Shown: piece by piece, positions 16,353 to 26,048 of the stretch
Position numbering within the stretch: the stretch's first letter is position 1
Layout of the letters: every line of letters starts with the position of its first letter
Source: Gemmatimonadales bacterium
GTDB lineage: Bacteria; Gemmatimonadota; Gemmatimonadetes; Gemmatimonadales; GWC2-71-9
Length of the DNA: 38,909 nt
Direction of reading: 5' to 3'
NCBI GenBank assembly: GCA_025928955.1
Contig: JAICNA010000002.1
Coordinates: 1-38,909, forward strand
The notes under the pieces: model-generated
Seen by the model: the letters and a program-made list of their open reading frames with translations, nothing else
Told to the model about the DNA's origin: nothing
The model's database searches: none
Program-made: the position numbers and the translations under genes

Positions 16353-18757
16353 TAGCGAGCGAGCAGCGCCGTGAAACGCGGGTCGGATCGGATCGGGTCC
16401 CAGGTCGGATCGGCGCGCAGCAGCGCCACCGACGCCTCGCGACCGGCCGGCATGCCGAGCAGCGAGTCGAGCAGCTGGATGGCCGGACCTGCCTCACCCG
16501 CGCGCGCGAACACTTCGGCAGCGGCGCCGATATAGGGGATGCCATCGAAGGCGTTCGACTCGGCAGAGAGCAGCGACATGGCGCGGCGGGCAGCAGCCAC
16601 CGCGTCGCTCCGACGACCGAGTCCTGCGTAGGCCCACCCGAGCGCAATGTGCAGCCGCGGATCACCCGGTCGAGCGGCTAGCGTGTCCTCCACGAGTCGC
16701 AGCAGTTGCTCGTACGATCGCCTCGCCGATGCGCTGTCGCCGAGGTCATCGAAGAGCTGCGCGCGAAGGAGGTGGATCGGACGGTAGGTATACCCGTCGC
16801 TCACGATGAGCGTACGGGCCGAATCGAGCATCGGCAGCGCACTGGCGGGCCGCCGCTCGATCCGCGCCACCACGGCGGCCGAATAAAACTTCATGCCCCC
16901 GCTGTTCCAGTCGGATGGAATTCTCTGCAGCACAGCCGCGAGGGTATCCGCACTGCCTCGCCACCGGATGTGGACGTACCCCTTGATCAGCAGCGACATG
17001 TAGTCGTCGGGAATGCGCGTCGTCAGGAGCTCCCATGCGGCCGCAGCCTCCTCATAGCGCCGAAGCCGCGCATAGGTGAGCGCGAGCAGCCGGACCGCCG
17101 CGAGGTCGCGGGGCGCCAGCTCACGAGCCCGCTCCAGCTCGCCGACCGCTTCGACCCACCGCCCGACCCGCAGATGCATGAGGGCCATCGCAAGCGGGAC
17201 CTCACCGCTCTCGGGAAGCCGCACCCGCGCCTGCTCGTAGGCGGCGCGCGCACGCGCCGTATCGCCCTTCCCCGTCCAGTACATGCCGATCGCAAGGTGC
17301 GCGTCGCCAAGGCCGGGATTCTGTGACAGCGCAGTACGCGCCTCCCTGCCCGCGCTTTCGAAGGCCTCATCCGACCGGTGCCGGCGAATCTCGGTGATCG
17401 CGTAGCGCGCCCTGGCGAGCGCGAACGACGTGTCGCGCTCGATCGCGCGCAGGTACAGTGAGCTCGCGTTCTGCAGGTCCTCCGGAAAGAGGTTCCGCAA
17501 CTCGTAACCTCGCCCGCGCTCATACAGGTCCTGTGCGATCGGATCGGCCGAGCCGGTCTCGGAGGCCTCCGGCGGCCCGAACGCGCGCGCGAGCACCAAT
17601 ACGAGCGCTCCCACGAGGAGTACCATCACCGCCGGCTGTGCGAGCCGGCGCCTCGCGCGCCCTGCCAAGGCGACGCGCCGCCGCAGGGCATGCCACGGAC
17701 CCGTGCGCCGCGCGAGCGCGTCGGCCTCAAGGTCCTGCTCCACGGCCTCCGCCGACGGGGGGCGCCGTGAGGGCTCGCGCTCGAGAAGCCGGAAGACGAG
17801 CTCAACCAGCGCCGGCGACACCGGCAGCGATCGCGGGAGCGGGGTCGGGAGATCGTGCAGAATTGCGTGCGCGATCGAAATGTCCGACTCGCCCGGGAAA
17901 GGCCAGACACCGGTCAGCATTTCGTAGAGCATGACGCCAAGCGCCCAGAGATCGGTGCGGGCGTCGGTCGCGTTCCCCCGGATCTGCTCCGGTGCCATGT
18001 AGGCCACCGTTCCGAGGCGGCCGCCGGTTGCCGTCACACTCGCGTCGTGCATCTTCGCGACGCCGAAGTCGAGCAGCTTGACCGTTCCATCCGGCAGAAG
18101 CATTGCGTTTCCGGGCTTGAGGTCCCGGTGGACGATGCCGGCCCGGTGCGCAGCCGCGAGACCGCGAGCCATCTGCCGGGCGATGTCGATTGCCGTCGCT
18201 TCCGGAAGCGTACCCTCGCGCCTGAGCCGCTCCCTCAGCGTCTCGCCGGGGTACAGGGGCATCGCCAGATACAGGTGGCCGTCGGCTTCTCCGGCCTCGT
18301 GCACCTCGCAGATGTTCGGGTGGGAGAGGGCGGCAACGGCCCGGGCCTCTCGCAGGAACCGGGTGCGTCCCGATTGATCGAGAAGCTGAGCCGGAAGTGG
18401 GAGCTTGAGCGCGACCGTCCGGCCGAGCCTCAGGTCCTCGGCCCGATATACCGCGCCCATGCCGCCGGCACCGATCATTCCCGTGACGCGAAAGTGCGAG
18501 AGCGTCTGGCCGATCAGCCCCAGCGGATCGCGCGACTCGACCCGGCCGCCGCCGCCGTCCGGCAATGCAAACGCCCGCTCCAGCGGCTCCAGTCGCGCGC
18601 TCGCCGCACCATCAGCCCGGAGCAGCTCGGCCACGGCTTCACGCAACTCGGGGTCGGCGGCGCCGAGCGCCTGGAGTCGGCGCGCACGGTGCTCGTCCGA
18701 CAGCTCGACGAGCTCATCGAAGCAGGTGCGGATCTCACGCCAGCGCTCAGCGTCCAT
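16346..18757 (-). CDS. Ser/Thr protein kinase (Hanks-type) with one TM segment and a C-terminal TPR-repeat region
   Basis: Kinase motifs are GAGGMGAVYRA, VALK, HRDLKPGNAML, DFG, APE and DLWALG. The hydrophobic segment AVMVLLVGALVLVLA follows, then TPR-like repeats to the C-terminus. I prefer the ATG at 18757 (MDAERWREI...). The track start at 18775 is a GTG. Confidence 0.9.
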   Translation of the reverse strand: MDAERWREIRTCFDELVELSDEHRARRLQALGAADPELREAVAELLRADGAASARLEPLERAFALPDGGGGRVESRDPLGLIGQTLSHFRVTGMIGAGGMGAVYRAEDLRLGRTVALKLPLPAQLLDQSGRTRFLREARAVAALSHPNICEVHEAGEADGHLYLAMPLYPGETLRERLRREGTLPEATAIDIARQMARGLAAAHRAGIVHRDLKPGNAMLLPDGTVKLLDFGVAKMHDASVTATGGRLGTVAYMAPEQIRGNATDARTDLWALGVMLYEMLTGVWPFPGESDISIAHAILHDLPTPLPRSLPVSPALVELVFRLLEREPSRRPPSAEAVEQDLEADALARRTGPWHALRRRVALAGRARRRLAQPAVMVLLVGALVLVLARAFGPPEASETGSADPIAQDLYERGRGYELRNLFPEDLQNASSLYLRAIERDTSFALARARYAITEIRRHRSDEAFESAGREARTALSQNPGLGDAHLAIGMYWTGKGDTARARAAYEQARVRLPESGEVPLAMALMHLRVGRWVEAVGELERARELAPRDLAAVRLLALTYARLRRYEEAAAAWELLTTRIPDDYMSLLIKGYVHIRWRGSADTLAAVLQRIPSDWNSGGMKFYSAAVVARIERRPASALPMLDSARTLIVSDGYTYRPIHLLRAQLFDDLGDSASARRSYEQLLRLVEDTLAARPGDPRLHIALGWAYAGLGRRSDAVAAARRAMSLLSAESNAFDGIPYIGAAAEVFARAGEAGPAIQLLDSLLGMPAGREASVALLRADPTWDPIRSDPRFTALLARYD

Positions 18758-18905
18758 GCGTCGGATTCCCGGCACGATCGGACGGGCAAACGGGCGGCCG
18801 CGGGAGGGAAAGCCGCGGTCCGCTCGCGTTCGAGGGAGCTTCCAGTATACGGGGCGGACTCCGTCACGGCACCTCGCACGAAGACGCCGCCTCGCCGAAG
18901 CGATG

Positions 18906-18940
18906 AAAAAAAGCCACGCACATGCCGCAGTGCGTGGCTT
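18906..18940 (-). terminator. Rho-independent terminator downstream of tRNA-Ile
   Basis: On the minus strand, AAGCCACGCA, a 10-nt loop and TGCGTGGCTT are followed by a run of 7 T. The hairpin starts 7 nt after the tRNA 3' end. Confidence 0.75.
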
Positions 18941-18947
18941 CCGATAG

Positions 18948-19021
<74 letters not shown>

Positions 19022-19059
19022 TTACCGCGAGTGCAGGGCGCTTGAACGCGGGGGACGGG

Positions 19060-19088
19060 AGGATAGCCACCCGCCCCGTTGAAATCAA
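19060..19088 (-). promoter_or_regulatory. Sigma-70-like promoter for tRNA-Ile
   Basis: The minus strand reads TTGATT, a 17-nt spacer, then TATCCT. The -10 ends about 38 nt upstream of the mature tRNA 5' end. Confidence 0.4.
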
Positions 19089-19101
19089 CCCTGCGCCTCC
19101 C

Positions 19102-19305
19102 CTACTCCTCTTCCTCCTCATCGAGAATCAGCTCGTCGTCGAGGTCTTCGTCCTCGTCGTCGTCTCCTTCGAAATCGTCCTCCTCCTCGTCGAGGTCATC
19201 GTCCTCCTCGTCGTCGAAGGTGAAGCCGTCCTCGAACTCGTCCTCGTCTTCGTCGAATCGGCGACGCATCTCGAGCGGCTCCACCGAGGTCTCCCAGGCC
19301 AGCAT
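19102..19305 (-). CDS. Hyper-acidic small protein, 67 aa, unknown function
   Basis: The sequence is MLAWETSVEPLEMRRRFDEDEDEFEDGFTFDDEEDDDLDEEEDDFEGDDDEDEDLDDELILDEEEEE. GGAGGAA ends 3 nt before the ATG at 19305. Most codons end in G or C (mainly GAC and GAG), as in neighbouring genes. It lies 24 nt downstream of typA on the same strand. The track start at 19335 is an alternative. Confidence 0.55.
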   Translation of the reverse strand: MLAWETSVEPLEMRRRFDEDEDEFEDGFTFDDEEDDDLDEEEDDFEGDDDEDEDLDDELILDEEEEE

Positions 19306-19359
19306 GATTTCCTCCGCCACAGGATGGGTGTGCATGGCGCTATGCAGGGTTGGGCGTCG

Positions 19360-21231
<1,872 letters not shown>

Positions 21232-21315
21232 GAGTCGACGTGCCCCTGACCTGTGGCCGGGGCAGCACCGCCGGGCCGTTGGCGACTTGCCCGTGGCCGA
21301 GGGCTGAGCGGCGCA

Positions 21316-21344
21316 TATATAGACAGGGGCGGTAGGGGGCGCAA
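21316..21344 (-). promoter_or_regulatory. Candidate typA promoter
   Basis: The minus strand reads TTGCGC, a 17-nt spacer, then TATATA. This is the only AT-rich patch in the 248-bp spacer and would give a leader of about 80 nt. Confidence 0.35.
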
Positions 21345-21479
21345 TGGGCGGAACCGGCGAATCGGCTGAGGGGAGTGCGGCCGGGGGGCGGGAGGGAGGA
21401 GCGACCGCGGAAAGTTCAGCCGGAAACAGGGCTTAGCCGGTCGGGAGGGAGGGCGCCGGAACGCTTCAGCGAGCGGCCG

Positions 21480-22355
21480 TCAGCACCCCCGTTCCACCTC
21501 GAGCTGGATCGTCACGTGCCCGATCCTGAGACCCTGCATGGCGGTTCGAATCCCTTCGAGCGCCGCGGGATGCCGGGCGAGCTCGGGTACCACGGCATGC
21601 CCGCTCATCGCGACCATGCCGCTCGTCACGGTCCACACGTGCAGGTCGTGTACCGCCTCGACGCCCGGCACTTCCAGGATCCGGCGCTCGACATCCGCCA
21701 TCGAGACCCCAGCCGGGACCGATTCGAGCAGGATGTCGGTGCTTTCCCGTACGAGTCGCCAGGCGCCGACCAGTATCAGCAGCGCCACGCCGATCGAGAG
21801 GATCGGGTCGGCCGGCGTCCAGCCCGTAAGCCAGATGACGCCGCCGGCGACCATCGCAGCGACGGAGCCGAGCAGGTCTCCCATGATGTGGAGATAGGCG
21901 CCGCGCGTGTTCAGGTTGTGATTGTGCGAGGCGTGCAGGATGCGGAGCGCGATCAGGTTGACGACGAGGCCGCCCGCGGCGATCCCGAGCAGCAACCCCG
22001 CCCTGACGGGCACAGGATCCCCGAGGCGATGGACCGCTTCCACGACCACCCACCCGGCGATCCCGAAGAGCGCGGCGCCGTTCACGAGCGCCGCGAGGAT
22101 TTCCCAGCGCCGATACCCGTAGGTCTTGAACTCGTCGGCCGGCCGGCTCCCGATGATCGCGGTCACCAGGGAAAGACCGAGCGCGCCGACGTCGGTGAGC
22201 ATGTGCCCGGCATCCGCGAGCAGTGCGAGCGAGCCGCTGATCCACCCGCCCACCGCCTCGACGAGCATGAAGGTGGCCGTGAGCATCAGCACGAGAAGGA
22301 GCCGCCCGCTCGGCGCGGCCGACGCCGCGTGGGACGGCTGCACGCATTCGGTCAC
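21480..22355 (-). CDS. Cation diffusion facilitator (CzcD-like divalent metal exporter)
   Basis: Blocks are FMLVEAVGGWISGSLALLADAGHMLTDV, YGYRRWEILAALVNG, LHIMGDLLGSVAA and a C-terminal domain with VHDLHVWTV. I chose the GTG at 22355 (GGGAGGG upstream). The track ORF extends further without support. Confidence 0.85.
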   Translation of the reverse strand: MTECVQPSHAASAAPSGRLLLVLMLTATFMLVEAVGGWISGSLALLADAGHMLTDVGALGLSLVTAIIGSRPADEFKTYGYRRWEILAALVNGAALFGIAGWVVVEAVHRLGDPVPVRAGLLLGIAAGGLVVNLIALRILHASHNHNLNTRGAYLHIMGDLLGSVAAMVAGGVIWLTGWTPADPILSIGVALLILVGAWRLVRESTDILLESVPAGVSMADVERRILEVPGVEAVHDLHVWTVTSGMVAMSGHAVVPELARHPAALEGIRTAMQGLRIGHVTIQLEVERGC

Positions 22356-22431
22356 GGAGCCACGCCCTCCCGCCGGGGCCGGCGCGCCGACTTCTCGCGG
22401 TAAAGCCAAATCAGGGTTACACTTATGCGAT

Positions 22432-23775
22432 ATGGAAGGTTCACAGCAGTCCATCCCGATGGGGATCGGTCTCCTCAGTGTCGTCGTGCTCGTGCTCGCC
22501 AACGCGTTCTTCGTGGCCGCCGAGTTCGCGCTGGTCGGCGCCAGGAAGACTCGCCTCGATGAATTCGCGCGCACCGGTGATCGAAAAGCTAGGCTCGCCC
22601 GCCGCGCCGTTCAATCGCTCGACCGCTACATATCCGCGACGCAGCTCGGCATCACCCTCGCCTCCCTCGGGCTCGGGTGGATCGGCGAGCCGGCCCTGGC
22701 GCACCTCATCGACGGCATGTTCGCGTGGCTGCCGGCGGGAGCGGCGGCGTTCACGACGCACACCGTCGCCTCGATCATCGCCTTCAGCATCATCACGGTG
22801 CTCCACATCATCCTCGGCGAGCTCGTCCCGAAGGCGCTGGCGCTCCTCTATCCGGAGGATGTGAGCCGGTGGATCGCGGCGCCGCTCATGGGCTTCGCCT
22901 GGATCATGGCGGCGCCGATCGGACTGCTCAACGGGACCGCAAACCGGCTGCTCAGCCTGCTGGGCATCAACCCTCCGGGTGAGCACGAACGCCTGCACTC
23001 CCCCGAAGAGATCCGGATGCTCGTCGAGCAGAGCGAGGAGGGGGGGAGCCTGCTCAAGCAGGACGCCCGCCTGCTCGAGGGGGTGTTCGAGTTCAGCGAG
23101 AAGACGGCGCAGGAGGTGATGACGCCGCGGACCCAGATGGAAGCGCTTGCGTCGGACCTTACCATCGAGGAGGCCGCGGACGAGGTCGCCCTGCACGGCC
23201 GGTCCCGCTATCCGGTGTACACCGATTCCCTGGACGAGATCGTCGGCGTGGTGCACTCGAAGGACCTGCTGCGTGCCTTGCGGAAGGATCCGAGGGCGAT
23301 GATCCGCTCGGTCATGCGCGCGCCGCTCTTCGTGCCCGGCACGCGCGAGGTCGAGGACGTCCTCACCGACATGAAGCGGCTCAAGATCCACCTCGCCGTG
23401 GTGCTCGACGAATACGGCGGCACGGCGGGGCTGGTGACGATGGAGGACCTGCTCGAGGAGATCGTGGGCGACATCTTCGACGAGCACGACCGCGCGCTCA
23501 CGCCGGAGATCGCCGAGGGCGCCCCCCTCCTCGAGGGAGGGATGCCGATCACGGAATTCAATTCGCGCTTCGACGCGAAGATCGACGATACGGATTACAC
23601 GACGATCGGCGGGTACGTCTTCGGCGAGCTCGGCCGCCTTCCCCGCCCGGGCGATCGGGTGAGCGCCGGCGCGCTGCTCCTCGAGGTCGCGGCCATGGAT
23701 GGCCGGAGGGTCGACACCCTCCGGATCCTCACACCGGAGAAGAAGCCTGACGCCGGTGTGACCGTCGCCGACTAG
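22432..23775 (+). CDS. CNNM/CorB-type transporter (DUF21, CBS pair, CorC_HlyC; hemolysin-family protein)
   Basis: DUF21 is seen in LLSVVVLVLANAFFVAAEFALVGARKTRL and ISATQLGITLASLGLGWIGEPA. The CBS region is VMTPRTQM...RYPVY...IVGVVHSKDLL. The CorC domain is HLAVVLDEYGGTAGLVTMEDLLEEIVGDI. The start could also be the ATG at 22459. Confidence 0.88.
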   Translation: MEGSQQSIPMGIGLLSVVVLVLANAFFVAAEFALVGARKTRLDEFARTGDRKARLARRAVQSLDRYISATQLGITLASLGLGWIGEPALAHLIDGMFAWLPAGAAAFTTHTVASIIAFSIITVLHIILGELVPKALALLYPEDVSRWIAAPLMGFAWIMAAPIGLLNGTANRLLSLLGINPPGEHERLHSPEEIRMLVEQSEEGGSLLKQDARLLEGVFEFSEKTAQEVMTPRTQMEALASDLTIEEAADEVALHGRSRYPVYTDSLDEIVGVVHSKDLLRALRKDPRAMIRSVMRAPLFVPGTREVEDVLTDMKRLKIHLAVVLDEYGGTAGLVTMEDLLEEIVGDIFDEHDRALTPEIAEGAPLLEGGMPITEFNSRFDAKIDDTDYTTIGGYVFGELGRLPRPGDRVSAGALLLEVAAMDGRRVDTLRILTPEKKPDAGVTVAD

Positions 23776-23778
23776 CCT

Positions 23779-24696
23779 TCACCCGGCACCCCGCTTTGCA
23801 CCACCCGCCAGGCGCACCCCCAGCTCCAGCGCTTCCCGCATGCTCGAGTGATCGGCCACGCCCTTTCCCGCGATGTCGAACGCCGTCCCGTGATCCGGGG
23901 AGGTGCGCGGGAAGGGGAGCCCGAGCGTGATGTTCACCGCCCGACCGAACGCGGCGACCTTGATGGCGGTCATCCCCACGTCGTGATACGGCGCGAGGAC
24001 GGCATCGAACTCGCCGCGCATCGCGCGGACGAAGACGGTGTCTGCCGGCAGCGGCCCCGCGGCGCCAAGGATCTTCGCGGCCGGCGCCAGGATGCGCTGC
24101 TCCTCGTCGCCGAAGAGGCCCGATTCGCCTGCATGCGGATTGAGCGCGCAGAGCGCGATCCGCGGCTCGGCGATCCCGAAGTGCTCCCGCAGCCCCGCGA
24201 GGGTGACCCGTCCGGTGCGCACGACCCGGTCGGCGGAGAGGAGCGCCGGCACGTCGCGGAGCGGGACGTGCGTGGTCACGAGCACCACGCGCAGCTCCGC
24301 CGCGGCGAGCATCATCGCCACCTCGACGTCGCCGGCGAGGTGCGCGAGCCATTCGGTGTGACCGGGCCAGGGGAATCCAGCGAGGTGAAGGGCGTGCTTG
24401 TGGGCGGGCGCGGTCACGATGCCGTCGACTTCGCCGTCGAGCGCGAGGCGGACGGCGGTCTCGACGGCGTGGCCGGTGATGCGCCCCGCGCGAAGCGTCC
24501 GCCCATGGTCCGCCGATTCGCCGCTTCCCGCATTCCACGCGCCGACTGAGATCCGGCGGGCCGCGGGTATCGCGGCGATCTGATCTTCGGCGCCGACCAG
24601 CGTGATGTCCGCCGCGATGCCGTCGGCGAGTGCGCGGGCGGTGATCTCCGGACCGATCCCGCGCGGATCGCCCAGCGTCACCGCCAGGCGCGGCAT
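23779..24696 (-). CDS. pdxA: 4-hydroxythreonine-4-phosphate dehydrogenase
   Basis: MPRLAVTLGDPRGIGPEI, GHTEWLA, ALCALNPHAGESGLFG.EE and PDHGTAFDIAGKGVADHSSM are present. The position immediately downstream of a surA-like gene matches the classic surA-pdxA linkage. Confidence 0.92.
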   Translation of the reverse strand: MPRLAVTLGDPRGIGPEITARALADGIAADITLVGAEDQIAAIPAARRISVGAWNAGSGESADHGRTLRAGRITGHAVETAVRLALDGEVDGIVTAPAHKHALHLAGFPWPGHTEWLAHLAGDVEVAMMLAAAELRVVLVTTHVPLRDVPALLSADRVVRTGRVTLAGLREHFGIAEPRIALCALNPHAGESGLFGDEEQRILAPAAKILGAAGPLPADTVFVRAMRGEFDAVLAPYHDVGMTAIKVAAFGRAVNITLGLPFPRTSPDHGTAFDIAGKGVADHSSMREALELGVRLAGGAKRGAG

Positions 24697-26048
24697 CAGT
24701 TCGTCCGGATATCCACGTACGTCGAGGCGCGAAGCCGCTCGACGTACCGCTGCATGGCCATGGTCTCGGCGAGGTGGGTGCGAAGCTGTTCCTGCACGTC
24801 GGAGAACGTCGCGGTGCCGGCCGCGCGGCGTTCGGTGACCTTGAGGATCGCGAACTTCACGCGGCCACCGGGACCGGGCAGCGGAAACGGGCCGACCACG
24901 GCGCCCGAATCGGCCTGGGAGAGGGTCTGGGTATAGCTGGCCGGCAGCGCCTCCAGCGGGACGCTGATCGCCTCCCGCTCCTCCGCGGGATCGTGGTAGC
25001 GCTGCTGCAGCGAATCGAACGACATCCCCGACTTGGCCCAGACGGCCACGCTGTCGGCGCGCACGCGCGCGCTGTCCAGGTTCTCGGGCGTCGTCTCGGG
25101 AATGATGAGGATGTGCCGCGCCTGGACTTCAGTCGGCTGGATGCGCTCCACCTGGATCACGTGATAGCCGAAGACGGTCTCGACCGGATTGGAGATCACG
25201 CCCGGCTTGAGCGCGAACACCACTTCGTCGAATGGCCGCTCGAACGCGCCGCGCCGCTGCCAGCCGAGATCGCCCCCCTGCACCGCCGAGCTCGAATCCT
25301 GCGAGAAGCGGCGCGCAGCGGTGGCGAAGTCTCCGCCGGTCCGGAGCGCGCGGGCGATGGAGTCCGCCACCGTGAACGCCCGCTGCTTCGCCTCGGCCGT
25401 CGGCTGCGGCGCGACGACGATCTGCCGGAACGAGATCGCTGCGGGCCGCTGCCCCATTTCGGTCCGGTTCTTCTCGAAGAATTCCCTGAGCTCCCGCTCG
25501 GTCGGCGAGACTTCGCGGATGACTTCCATGGCCTTCAGCCGCTCGATCAGCCGCGTACGGAGAAAGCGCCGCCGATGCTGGTCGGCGAGATAGCGCCGGA
25601 ACTCGTCCGGGGTCTGGAAGCCGGCGTTGGCCAGCTCGCGCCGATAGTCCACTTCGGACGTGAACTGGCCGCGCAGGCTCGCGAGGCGCTGGTCGACCGC
25701 CTCGTTGACCTCCTGTTCCGTCACCTTGACCGCCGTGTCGCGCAGCGCCTCCTGCACGAGGATCTCCTCGTCGACCATGTCGGCGAGAATGCGGCGCCGG
25801 AGCGCGGCGGAGTCCGCCGCGCTCTCCAGCTTGGGCGCGCCCTGTCCGGAGAGCACCGTGAAGAACTGCTCTTCGACCTGCGAGCCCAGGATCGGCTGGT
25901 TGCCGACCACGGCGACGATCCGGTCGACGACCAACGTCGTGTCGCCCTGGAGGGCGAACTCATCGCCCACCTGCGCGACCGCGGGCCGCCCACCCGCCGC
26001 GGCGAGCACGGCGAGGAGGACGGCCCGCGAAGTCCGGCGCAGCCGCAT
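24696..26048 (-). CDS. surA: SurA-like periplasmic chaperone / parvulin-type peptidyl-prolyl isomerase
   Basis: There is a signal peptide (AVLLAVLAAAGGRPAVAQ), a SurA_N-like block (VDRIVAVVGNQPILGSQVEE) and a parvulin domain (FRQIVV...GGDLGW...FGYHVIQVE). It overlaps both neighbours by 1 nt. The symbol is assigned from synteny and domain order only. Confidence 0.8.
   Translation of the reverse strand: MRLRRTSRAVLLAVLAAAGGRPAVAQVGDEFALQGDTTLVVDRIVAVVGNQPILGSQVEEQFFTVLSGQGAPKLESAADSAALRRRILADMVDEEILVQEALRDTAVKVTEQEVNEAVDQRLASLRGQFTSEVDYRRELANAGFQTPDEFRRYLADQHRRRFLRTRLIERLKAMEVIREVSPTERELREFFEKNRTEMGQRPAAISFRQIVVAPQPTAEAKQRAFTVADSIARALRTGGDFATAARRFSQDSSSAVQGGDLGWQRRGAFERPFDEVVFALKPGVISNPVETVFGYHVIQVERIQPTEVQARHILIIPETTPENLDSARVRADSVAVWAKSGMSFDSLQQRYHDPAEEREAISVPLEALPASYTQTLSQADSGAVVGPFPLPGPGGRVKFAILKVTERRAAGTATFSDVQEQLRTHLAETMAMQRYVERLRASTYVDIRTN

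Noticed and set aside
21370-21396. A G-quadruplex-type run (GGGG…GGGGGG.GGG.GGG) on the plus strand in the czcD-typA spacer.
   Set aside because: Such G-tract clusters are expected by chance at this GC content. The motif lies on the template strand for the local genes. Nothing else supports a function.
22356-22431. A NiCo (czcD-motif) or other metal riboswitch upstream of the CDF exporter.
   Set aside because: Only 76 bp are available, and they are shared with a divergent gene. I see no multi-helix junction architecture. Confirming this would need an Rfam covariance-model scan.
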